A stretch of 64,000 bases of DNA from Bacteroidales bacterium (GTDB lineage Bacteria; Bacteroidota; Bacteroidia; Bacteroidales; WCHB1-69), in assembly GCA_045598105.1 (NCBI GenBank), contig JAZLLK010000028.1, positions 5,786 to 69,785 of the forward strand. Reading direction: 5' to 3'. Shown in pieces: positions 39,053 through 47,108 of this stretch; the stretch's first letter is position 1, and every line of letters starts with the position of its first letter. The position numbers and the translations under genes were made by a program. Under the pieces are notes generated by a model. It did not search any database. It saw nothing but the letters and a program-made list of their open reading frames with translations, and had not been told where the DNA came from.

Positions 39053-39982
39053 TTATGCCTGTACTATACGGAAGGTGGCATCATAAAACCGGTTATAACC
39101 GGTAATACGAAGCAGGGCGGAAAGCTCGGCCGGAGATAAATTATACCACACGGAAAAGTACTTCCACAATTCTTTCATGCGGTTAAGCATCACTTCCGGC
39201 CTGTAATAGGAAGCATAAGTTTGCCACAAATCGGCATAAAAACGGGCGAACAATGCATGCTTTTGTGCTGCGGGCATGGGTATATTATGCTGTATATCAT
39301 ATAGCAGAAAGGGGTTACGCAACATACCTCTACCCGGCATACAGGCCTGCAGTTGCGGAAAGCGGCACAATAATTGATAATAATCATCGGGGGTGAATAT
39401 ATCACCGTTATATACCAGCTTATGATGTGATGCCTGCATACATTGGGCAAACATATCAGTATGTGGCGTACCCTCATATTGTTGTACGCCCAGGCGGGCG
39501 TGTATGGCTATAAAGTCCAGTTCATAAGGCTGCATAGCCTGCAACATACGCAGTATTTCGGTAGGGTCAGCCCAGCCCAGCCGCATTTTAAGTGACAGTT
39601 TTATGGGAGAGGCCGATTGCACCTTTTCCACTATGTTACATACTATATCGGGGTGAGGCATAAGTCCGCATGCCCGCTGCTTATGCACTATTTTAGGCAT
39701 GGGGCAGCCCATATTAAGGTTCACCCTGCGATAACCCATATCATATATATAAGCGGCCGTAACGGCTATGTTATCAGCATTATTGCCTATAAGCTGGGGA
39801 ATAAGGGATATTTCTTCATCTATGGGATATATATCGGTAAAGCCGTTCGGCTTAAGGCCGGTAGCGGGCACCGCCGCTACAAAAGGAGCCACCACATAAT
39901 CCGCTCCCGTAAAATAGCGGAAATATACCTTGCGAAACAGCCGCATACTTATACCATGAAAAGGTGCAAAATAGAATTCCAT
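39053..39982 (-). CDS. tRNA-dihydrouridine synthase family protein
   Basis: FAPFHGIS..FR at the N-terminus, NLNMGCPMPKIV (catalytic Cys region), and a TIM-barrel-sized protein of 309 aa. Confidence 0.8.
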   Translation of the reverse strand: MEFYFAPFHGISMRLFRKVYFRYFTGADYVVAPFVAAVPATGLKPNGFTDIYPIDEEISLIPQLIGNNADNIAVTAAYIYDMGYRRVNLNMGCPMPKIVHKQRACGLMPHPDIVCNIVEKVQSASPIKLSLKMRLGWADPTEILRMLQAMQPYELDFIAIHARLGVQQYEGTPHTDMFAQCMQASHHKLVYNGDIFTPDDYYQLLCRFPQLQACMPGRGMLRNPFLLYDIQHNIPMPAAQKHALFARFYADLWQTYASYYRPEVMLNRMKELWKYFSVWYNLSPAELSALLRITGYNRFYDATFRIVQA

Positions 39983-39987
39983 GCCTG

Positions 39988-39995
39988 CAAAGGTA
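39988..39995 (-). promoter_or_regulatory. -7 promoter box (TACCTTTG) abutting the dus start codon
   Basis: Plus-strand caaaggta. Only 5 nt separate the box from ATG 39982, implying a leaderless or near-leaderless mRNA. Confidence 0.45.
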
Positions 39996-40121
39996 ACATT
40001 TTTTTGTGCATGCTCACATGCACATATATAACAGGCAGAATAACAATTATATTAATTACTGTATATCAACTATATAATAATATTTTTAAGTTACTGCACA
40101 TTGTATATGCAAAAAAAATGA

Positions 40122-40129
40122 TACTTTTG
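40122..40129 (+). promoter_or_regulatory. -7 promoter box (TACTTTTG) for the DPP-IV / nspC transcription unit
   Basis: TAnnTTTG 29 nt upstream of ATG 40158. Confidence 0.5.
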
Positions 40130-40157
40130 TATTTTAGTATTTTAAACAAGTAATAGA

Positions 40158-42347
40158 ATGAATAAGAGACCTGTTATTTTAGTAGTATTGGCAGCATTAC
40201 TATTGATAAGCAATAGTATAACTGCCCAAAAAAGCATTACGGTAGAAGACATATGGAAGAACTACAAATTTTATCCTCAAAGCGTGCCGGGGTTTAACAC
40301 CATGCACAATGGTGATTATTACACGGTAAAAACGGTTATGGGCATAGACAAACATAAGTTTGTGGACCAAACCAAGGTGGCCACTCTTCTGAGCAATGAT
40401 GACCTTAAGGCCATGCATTCATCATTAAGTATGCGAACCATAAGCAGCTATTCATTTGACCTTACGGAACAAAAAATACTGCTTGGCACGCAAGCTGAAA
40501 GTATATATCGCCGCTCGTTTAAGGCCTATTATTATGTGGCAGATATGAAAGCCCGCACCATAGTACCGGTATCGGATACAACATTGGGCAAGCAGAGTTT
40601 TTGTACTTTTTCACCTGACGGCAACAAAATAGCATTTGTCCGTGACAATAATTTATACATTAAGGACTTAACTGCCAATACGGAAACAGCCGTTACCACC
40701 GACGGTAAAGACAGGCATATTATTAACGGCATGGCTGATTGGGTATATGAAGAAGAATTGGATATGAGCCAGTGTTTTTATTGGTCACCTAATGGTGAGA
40801 ATATAGCTTTTTTACGTTTTGACGAAAGCCGTGTAAAGGAATTTTCGTTTACCATGTATGGCGGCCTTTATCCGCAGGAGCACCGATATAAATATCCTAA
40901 GGCAGGTGAAGACAATTCATTGGTGAATGTAATGATATATAACCTCCCCACAGGCAACACCGTAACAGTAGATTTAGGTGATAATTCCAATTGTTATTTT
41001 CCCCGTTTATACTGGTTACCCAATGCGCAGGAGCTTATAGCCTTAAAGATGAATCGTCATCAAAACAAACTGGAATTTTTCCGTTATAACCTTCTTAGCA
41101 AAACCATTGATATGGTATATACCGATGAAAACGAAAAATGGCTGGATGTAACGCATGATTATTATTTTCTTAAGGACAATAAGAGCATGATAGTAACCTC
41201 GGAGCGTGACGGATACAACCATATATACTACGTAGTATTAGGCGGTACCGTAACACAGCTTACCAAGGGCAACTATGAAGTAGCCGGTATATGTGCCATA
41301 GACAAGGAGAAAAAATATATATATTATTTATCCAATGAATCAGGTACTTTAAATAGGGACTTATACCGTATAGGTTTTGACGGCAAGGGCAAAAAGATGT
41401 TATCGAGCGGCAAAGGCTGGAACAATGCCACTTTTAGTCCCACCTGTAAATATTATCGCAATGTATATTCTGACATAGCCACGCCGCCCGTGTACACGCT
41501 TAATAATGCCGATGGCAAAGTACTGAGCACCATGCAGGACAATGCGGCCTACAAGGAGCTGATGAAAGAATACGGATTTGCACCCATGGAGTTATTTTCG
41601 TTTGTTACCGAAGAGGGTGTAAGCATTAACGGCAGTATTATTAAACCCCTGAATTTTGATCCTTCCAAGAAATACCCTGTGCTGATGCACGTATATGGAG
41701 GTCCCGGCAGCCAGGAGGTAAGTAATTCGTTTGGTGGCAGCATGGATGGTGCCTGGTATCAAATGCTGGCGCAAAAGGGCTACATTATAGTCTGCACCGA
41801 CGGCCGCGGCACAGCCACCAAGGGGGATGCCTTTAAAAAATGTATATACAGGCAAATGGGTAAATATGAGGCCATAGACCAAATAGCCACTGCAAAATAC
41901 TTAAAGACATTACCTTATGTAGATGGTAATCGTATAGGTATATGGGGTTGGAGTTTTGGCGGTTATTTGTCCAGCCTGGCTATGTTTACGGGTGAAGGCG
42001 TGTTCAAAATGGCCATGGCGGTAGCGCCTGTAACTACATGGAGATATTATGACAACATATACACCGAGCGTTTTTTGCAAACGCCTCAGGAAAACGCCTC
42101 CGGCTACGATGACAACTCACCCATTACCCATGCAGCTAAGTTGCAGGGCAGCTATTTGCTGGTACACGGCCTGGCCGATGACAATGTGCACGTACAGAAC
42201 TCTGTGGACCTTATTACAGCGCTCAATAAGGCAGAAAAACAATACGAGCAATATTTTTATCCTAACAAGAATCACAGCATATATGGCGGCAATACCCGCT
42301 ATCATTTATACATGAAGCTCACCGATTTTGTGCTCAAGAATTTATAA
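40158..42347 (+). CDS. Dipeptidyl-peptidase IV (S9B family serine peptidase)
   Basis: Signal peptide, a beta-propeller region (DWVYEEE), nucleophile motif GWSFGGY, and GLADDNVH. 729 aa. Confidence 0.9.
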   Translation: MNKRPVILVVLAALLLISNSITAQKSITVEDIWKNYKFYPQSVPGFNTMHNGDYYTVKTVMGIDKHKFVDQTKVATLLSNDDLKAMHSSLSMRTISSYSFDLTEQKILLGTQAESIYRRSFKAYYYVADMKARTIVPVSDTTLGKQSFCTFSPDGNKIAFVRDNNLYIKDLTANTETAVTTDGKDRHIINGMADWVYEEELDMSQCFYWSPNGENIAFLRFDESRVKEFSFTMYGGLYPQEHRYKYPKAGEDNSLVNVMIYNLPTGNTVTVDLGDNSNCYFPRLYWLPNAQELIALKMNRHQNKLEFFRYNLLSKTIDMVYTDENEKWLDVTHDYYFLKDNKSMIVTSERDGYNHIYYVVLGGTVTQLTKGNYEVAGICAIDKEKKYIYYLSNESGTLNRDLYRIGFDGKGKKMLSSGKGWNNATFSPTCKYYRNVYSDIATPPVYTLNNADGKVLSTMQDNAAYKELMKEYGFAPMELFSFVTEEGVSINGSIIKPLNFDPSKKYPVLMHVYGGPGSQEVSNSFGGSMDGAWYQMLAQKGYIIVCTDGRGTATKGDAFKKCIYRQMGKYEAIDQIATAKYLKTLPYVDGNRIGIWGWSFGGYLSSLAMFTGEGVFKMAMAVAPVTTWRYYDNIYTERFLQTPQENASGYDDNSPITHAAKLQGSYLLVHGLADDNVHVQNSVDLITALNKAEKQYEQYFYPNKNHSIYGGNTRYHLYMKLTDFVLKNL

Positions 42348-42350
42348 TAT

Positions 42351-43505
42351 ATGGCCATACCTTACGACAACATACCCACTCCGTGCTACGTACTCAATGA
42401 GGAGTCGCTGGAAATAAATTTGCAAATACTGCACCTTATAGAGCAGGAAGCCGATGTGAAGATAATATGTGCGCTCAAGGGCTTTGCCTTTTGGCATGAG
42501 TTTCCCATGATAAGCCGTTATATAAGCGGGGCCACGGCAAGTTCGCTTAATGAAGCCCGCCTTATATATGAGGAAATGAATACCGAGGCGCACACCTACT
42601 GCCCGGTATATACGCCCAAGGAGTTTCCCATGCTGCTGCAAATGAGTTCACACCTCACCTTTAACACGCTTACGCAGTATGAGCAGCTAATGCCCATATA
42701 CAGGTCGGTAGGCAAAAAGGTATCCTTAGGCTTACGTATTAATCCGGAGTACTCCGAGGTAACCACCGACTTATACAACCCCACCATAGAGGGTTCCCGC
42801 TTAGGCATACGTCGGCATCAGTTAGGTGATACGCTACCGAAAGAAATAGAGGGCTTACACTGCCATGCCTTATGTGAAAACGACAGCTACACCTTAGAGC
42901 GTACACTACAGGCCATGGAAGCCAAATTCGGCAATTTGCTGCAGCAGGCCAGCTGGCTCAATTTAGGCGGGGGGCACCTTATTACCAAAGAAGGCTATGA
43001 TGTGGACCACCTGGTATCACTGCTGCAAGGGCTGCACAAGCGATACCCTAATTTGGAAGAAATAATACTGGAACCCGGTGAAGCCGTAGGCTGGCAAACA
43101 GGCGTGCTGGTAGCCGAAGTGCAGGACATAATTCCCTGCAGGGATTTCAGCATAGCCATGCTTGACACCTCCTTTGCCTGCCACATGCCCGACTGCCTGG
43201 AGATGCCATACAAGCCGACTATTATGAATGCCCGTGACGCACAGCCCGGTGACAAGTATGTGTACCGCATGGGTGGCAATTCCTGCCTGGCCGGCGACTA
43301 TATGGGCATGGGCGACTATGCCTTTAAAGAACCACTGGAAATAGGGGAAAAAATAATATTTGACGACATGATACACTACACCATGGTAAAAACCACCTTC
43401 TTCAACGGGGTAAAACATCCTAATATAGCTGTGTGGACCAAAAATGGTGAATTGGATATAATACGTCAATTTGACTACGAAGATTATAAAAACAAGCTTT
43501 CTTAA
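42351..43505 (+). CDS. nspC: Carboxynorspermidine/carboxyspermidine decarboxylase
   Basis: IPTPCYVLNEESL, CALKGFAFW, and the PLP-fold GGG region (LNLGGGH). About 384 aa, typical of NspC. Confidence 0.8.
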   Translation: MAIPYDNIPTPCYVLNEESLEINLQILHLIEQEADVKIICALKGFAFWHEFPMISRYISGATASSLNEARLIYEEMNTEAHTYCPVYTPKEFPMLLQMSSHLTFNTLTQYEQLMPIYRSVGKKVSLGLRINPEYSEVTTDLYNPTIEGSRLGIRRHQLGDTLPKEIEGLHCHALCENDSYTLERTLQAMEAKFGNLLQQASWLNLGGGHLITKEGYDVDHLVSLLQGLHKRYPNLEEIILEPGEAVGWQTGVLVAEVQDIIPCRDFSIAMLDTSFACHMPDCLEMPYKPTIMNARDAQPGDKYVYRMGGNSCLAGDYMGMGDYAFKEPLEIGEKIIFDDMIHYTMVKTTFFNGVKHPNIAVWTKNGELDIIRQFDYEDYKNKLS

Positions 43506-43515
43506 GCATATATTA

Positions 43516-44337
43516 ATGAAACGCACTATATTACACGAAATAAGCTCTATACTTTTTATAATACTTATTTCGTGTTTTTTACACTACGGAGCAGCCTTAC
43601 CGCACATAGCATTTCCATACAATGCCTTATTATGCAGCATAGTAGGACTATGTTGCCTTATAACATGGATATATTGCCCCATAGAGCGAATAAAGGACTA
43701 TGTATGTTCTTCCGGATGCAGTATATGGCTATGCACGCTATGGATAGCCATTATACTATGCTTTGCACTCATACCGCGAGTATGCACATGCGGACAGGTA
43801 ACCGACATACGCAACATTCACACCGGCTATGCAGCTATAATAGCATGGGGCATTACGTGGCTATGCCTGAGCGGAAAAATAATCATTCCGTTATGTAACA
43901 AGCGTATAGCACACTCATCCGTATTGGCCTGCACAGGTCTGCTTATCATAAGCGGATATTTAATTCCCTGCCAATACGACACGCAGGAGCACAAGCTTAC
44001 GGTAAACGGTAACTATACCGTTTTTTTGGCCGGAGGCGACAGTATAAAAGTAAACAACATAAGAATGCACCATAATCCCATAGCGGACATAAGCGTACTA
44101 TATGCCATGCAGGAGCACACTTACGCACTACAGGCGAACAGCCCTATAAGATACAAACATTGGGATATATCACTACTCAGCTGTAACAGGTACACAGGGG
44201 AAGCGGTGTTGCTATTGGTATATGATCCGCACAGGTATATATTTCTTGCGGGTATGCTACTTATATTATTGCAATGGGCAATCAGCAGGCTTATCCCAAT
44301 CGTTTCCCACAGGAAACAATGCCCGTGTGTGCAATAA
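43516..44337 (+). CDS. Cys-rich polytopic membrane protein of unknown function (weak ResB/CcsB-like C-terminal resemblance)
   Basis: Start set to MKRTILHE. There are 4-5 TM helices. C-terminal ..NSPIRYKHWDISLLS..LLLVYDPHRYIFLAGMLLIL is reminiscent of the ResB C-terminal module. By eye only. Confidence 0.45.
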   Translation: MKRTILHEISSILFIILISCFLHYGAALPHIAFPYNALLCSIVGLCCLITWIYCPIERIKDYVCSSGCSIWLCTLWIAIILCFALIPRVCTCGQVTDIRNIHTGYAAIIAWGITWLCLSGKIIIPLCNKRIAHSSVLACTGLLIISGYLIPCQYDTQEHKLTVNGNYTVFLAGGDSIKVNNIRMHHNPIADISVLYAMQEHTYALQANSPIRYKHWDISLLSCNRYTGEAVLLLVYDPHRYIFLAGMLLILLQWAISRLIPIVSHRKQCPCVQ

Positions 44338-45081
44338 ATCGGCAGCATGTACAGTATATTGTAACACGCCTTGGGTATGAGGCGGCATTTGGGCCAGGGT
44401 GATTCCCTGCGGACTTATAATTTGGGTATCACCCTGATGGAGATTACCGTATCCGTCCTTACCTACCCTGTTCACTGCCAGCACATAGCACTGATTTTCA
44501 ATAGCACGTGCCCGCAACAGGGTATCAAATGCCATGGCCCGCGAAGCGGGAAAATTGGCTATAACCACAAGTACATCATAATCATAAGTGTGATGTAACG
44601 GGGAGTAAGCATTACGGCACCACAGGGGAAAACGTATATCGTAGCAGGTAAGCGTTCTACAATTCCACCCCTGCACATTACCTGTATAAGCGGTATTCCC
44701 GGGTATAAAATATTGTTTTTCGCAACCGAAAAACAGGTGTTTTTTATCATAATAGCCCGTAATATTTCCATTATCTATCCAGCACATACGGTTTACCATA
44801 CCTTGCGGTGTAATAACGGGCACACTGCCCGCCACCACGCATCCGTATTGCCGTGACAGGTGCTGCATGTACTGTATACTTTCACCATCCATGGTTTCGG
44901 CCATGCGGCATATATGCTCTGATATGCCGCAGGAAAACAATTCCGGCAGCACTATAAGGTGGGGCTGCACGGTAATATGCCGCAAAAGCGTATTACAGTT
45001 TTCCACATTGGCAAACTTATGGGTGGCATGTATATCCGTTTGTACCAAACAGACATTAATATTTTCGGTATCAGCATTCAT
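44266..45081 (-). CDS. yafV: Carbon-nitrogen hydrolase, omega-amidase YafV-like
   Basis: E-K-C triad contexts LPELF, YDKKHLF and TCYDIRFPLW, plus ARAIENQCYVLAVNRVG. Confidence 0.8.
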   Translation of the reverse strand: MNADTENINVCLVQTDIHATHKFANVENCNTLLRHITVQPHLIVLPELFSCGISEHICRMAETMDGESIQYMQHLSRQYGCVVAGSVPVITPQGMVNRMCWIDNGNITGYYDKKHLFFGCEKQYFIPGNTAYTGNVQGWNCRTLTCYDIRFPLWCRNAYSPLHHTYDYDVLVVIANFPASRAMAFDTLLRARAIENQCYVLAVNRVGKDGYGNLHQGDTQIISPQGITLAQMPPHTQGVLQYTVHAADLLHTRALFPVGNDWDKPADCPLQ

Positions 45082-45130
45082 AATAATAACACATAATTAA
45101 TATATAACAAGGGCAGTTATAAAAAAAATA

Positions 45131-45138
45131 CAAAGGTA
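45131..45138 (-). promoter_or_regulatory. -7 promoter box (TACCTTTG) for the yafV-like gene
   Basis: Plus-strand caaaggta, 50 nt upstream of start codon 45081. Confidence 0.45.
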
Positions 45139-45162
45139 TATTTTTTTTTATTGCCACAGGGC

Positions 45163-45194
45163 AAAAAAAAGAGCGGGCACTTAAGAACCCGCTC
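45163..45194 (-). terminator. Intrinsic terminator after the rubrerythrin gene
   Basis: Stem gagcggg / cccgctc (45171-45177 with 45188-45194), then T8 on the minus strand. Confidence 0.8.
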
Positions 45195-45227
45195 CTAAAA
45201 ATTTAATATTTAAGCCTATGGCTTATG

Positions 45228-45776
45228 TTATTTTTTAAAATAACGATTGAACAAGCCTTCAAAACCCTTACCGTGACGGGCTTCGTCTTTAGCCATTTCA
45301 TGTACGGTATCATGAATAGCATCTAAGTCACGTTCTTTGGCTATGCGGGCTATACGCATTTTATCTTCACAGGCACCGGCTTCGGCTACCATACGTTTTT
45401 CCAAATTGGTTTTGGTATCCCATACCACATCGCCTAATAATTCGGCAAATTTGGCACAATGCTCGGCTTCTTCCCAAGCGTAACGCTTGAATGCTTCGGC
45501 TATTTCAGGGTAACCTTCTCTATCGGCCTGACGGCTCATGGCCAAATACATACCCACTTCGGTAGCTTCACCCATAAAGTGTGCATTCAAATCCTTTATC
45601 ATTTCATCACCGGTACCTTTGGCTATGCCTATTACATGCTCGGTTACAAAATTAAGTGCGGCTCCGTTATCCATTACTTTCCACTCCACTATTTGTTTAC
45701 ATTGAGGGCAGGCCTTAGGAGCTTCGGTTCCTTCGTGTACATATCCGCATACGGGACAAACAAATTTTTTATTCAT
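45228..45776 (-). CDS. rbr: Reverse rubrerythrin (N-terminal rubredoxin-like domain, C-terminal diiron four-helix bundle)
   Basis: CPVCGY..CPQC at the N-terminus, followed by the ferritin-like motifs [14 protein letters not shown] and DEARH. Confidence 0.85.
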   Translation of the reverse strand: MNKKFVCPVCGYVHEGTEAPKACPQCKQIVEWKVMDNGAALNFVTEHVIGIAKGTGDEMIKDLNAHFMGEATEVGMYLAMSRQADREGYPEIAEAFKRYAWEEAEHCAKFAELLGDVVWDTKTNLEKRMVAEAGACEDKMRIARIAKERDLDAIHDTVHEMAKDEARHGKGFEGLFNRYFKK

Positions 45777-45814
45777 AATATTATATTTTTTAATGGTTAA
45801 TATTAATGTGATTA

Positions 45815-46219
45815 TTATTCATTACAATGATGGCACACCCCCGTGTAATATATACGGGTGTGCTCTATGGCGTGCACGTGCATACGCTCGTGCACCACTA
45901 CAGGCATAGGCATATCATACACCCTGTTACACTTGCGGCAATGAAAATGGGCGTGCGGACGCATATCACCGTCATATCGGCTTTCGGAGGCATTAAAATT
46001 CAATTCCACCGCCAAGCCTGACTGCACAAACAAGTTAAGGGTATTATATATGGTGGTTTTAGACAAAGTGGGCATGGTGTGTGACAATTCCGCATATATT
46101 TCTTCCACATTAGGATGGGTTTTATGCTCCATAAGGTAATCCAGCACCGCTATACGCTGCTCGGTAGCCTTAATATTATGGGCCTGTAAACACTGCATTT
46201 GTCTGCTTTTTATATTCAT
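45815..46219 (-). CDS. Fur family transcriptional regulator, PerR-like
   Basis: [19 protein letters not shown] winged helix, HAHFHC and CHHC metal sites. Start set to MNIKSR, since the track start at 46267 lies upstream of the promoter box. Confidence 0.8.
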   Translation of the reverse strand: MNIKSRQMQCLQAHNIKATEQRIAVLDYLMEHKTHPNVEEIYAELSHTMPTLSKTTIYNTLNLFVQSGLAVELNFNASESRYDGDMRPHAHFHCRKCNRVYDMPMPVVVHERMHVHAIEHTRIYYTGVCHHCNE

Positions 46220-46226
46220 TATACAA

Positions 46227-46241
46227 TTGTAATTATTACAA
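46227..46241. promoter_or_regulatory. Perfect 7-1-7 inverted repeat TTGTAATtATTACAA, candidate PerR/Fur-family operator
   Basis: It lies between the perR -7 box (46256-46263) and the perR start codon (46219). The architecture matches the Fur-family 7-1-7 box (B. subtilis PerR box TTATAATnATTATAA). Confidence 0.5.
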
Positions 46242-46255
46242 ACCGGAAATCGTTG

Positions 46256-46263
46256 CAAAGATA
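46256..46263 (-). promoter_or_regulatory. -7 promoter box (TATCTTTG) for the perR-rbr operon
   Basis: Plus-strand caaagata, 37 nt upstream of start codon 46219. Confidence 0.5.
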
Positions 46264-46293
46264 ACATTTTTTTTCATACATTTTTTACCACCT

Positions 46294-46318
46294 AAAAAAA
46301 AAAAAAAAAAAAAAAAAA
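46294..46318. repeat. 25-nt homopolymeric A tract
   Basis: Counted directly as 7+10+8 A between cct and cgg. It lies in the divergent intergenic region between perR and the 46376 operon. Confidence 0.95.
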
Positions 46319-46340
46319 CGGCTGATATTATTTTTTTTAG

Positions 46341-46348
46341 TATTTTTG
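46341..46348 (+). promoter_or_regulatory. -7 promoter box (TATTTTTG) for the Cys-rich / LRR / type B CTD operon
   Basis: TAnnTTTG 28 nt upstream of ATG 46376. No obvious -33 TTTG. The A25 tract ends 22 nt upstream. Confidence 0.5.
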
Positions 46349-46375
46349 CATCATGAAATTTGAAATAACAATATC

Positions 46376-47089
46376 ATGAAGAAAATATTAGGATGTATTA
46401 TATTGCTATGTTGCCTTACCGCTATGGGGCAGAATGGCTACAAGCATGTAGCCGCAAGAGGCACCATGAGTCCGGTACTTCATTACACTGATGAGCACGG
46501 ACACTTTTATTGCATACGCTTTGACATCACCTGCGTTGATTGCGTAATTGACGGCAATATATATATAGTTAATTGTAGTGACCCTGACAAAGTAATACAA
46601 TCGGCCACCTATCATGTGGAATTAGGGCCAAACGGCTGGCAATGGGGGCACGACGGAAATTGTCCCTGCTATATCAGTGGCGGAGCCGCTGCCTTAGGCA
46701 TTAGCAAAGACAGCCTTGTTAATTTGGTACTGCACCATGATTTTCCCATAGATTGTTGTCAGGGAAATTCCGGTGATGACCCCGGCACCGGTTATACACC
46801 CTGCGACACCATGCCCATAGAAGTACCCGGCTATACCGAATGGCTATGCAACCGTACGGAAGCATACTGCTGTAATGATACCCTTCACATTGCATTTACC
46901 ATATATAATTGCCTTACGCACGAAGTGGTGTACTCCCATAGTTTTGATGCCATAAACCGACATATATGGAGCAATGCCGATGACCCTGAAAATTACATAT
47001 TCCATTACAATTCGCCTCAGGAAGAAGAAATAAGGAGAAGAATGCTCCAGGCCGTATTGCAATCGCCCGAATTCACACCATGTAATTAA
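46376..47089 (+). CDS. Secreted cysteine-rich protein, no recognisable family
   Basis: Signal peptide (..CLTAMG-QN) and 14 Cys in the mature part by my count, including CC pairs (IDCCQG, AYCCND). First gene of a tightly spaced operon. Confidence 0.6.
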   Translation: MKKILGCIILLCCLTAMGQNGYKHVAARGTMSPVLHYTDEHGHFYCIRFDITCVDCVIDGNIYIVNCSDPDKVIQSATYHVELGPNGWQWGHDGNCPCYISGGAAALGISKDSLVNLVLHHDFPIDCCQGNSGDDPGTGYTPCDTMPIEVPGYTEWLCNRTEAYCCNDTLHIAFTIYNCLTHEVVYSHSFDAINRHIWSNADDPENYIFHYNSPQEEEIRRRMLQAVLQSPEFTPCN

Positions 47090-47108
47090 CCTAAATTGCT
47101 TATATATC

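Noticed and set aside
46220-46267. Upstream extension of the perR-like ORF (MLSLQRFPVCNNYNCI).
   Set aside because: It would start upstream of the -7 promoter box (46256-46263) and would cover the 7-1-7 operator. Fur-family proteins of about 134 aa start at the MNIKSR position.
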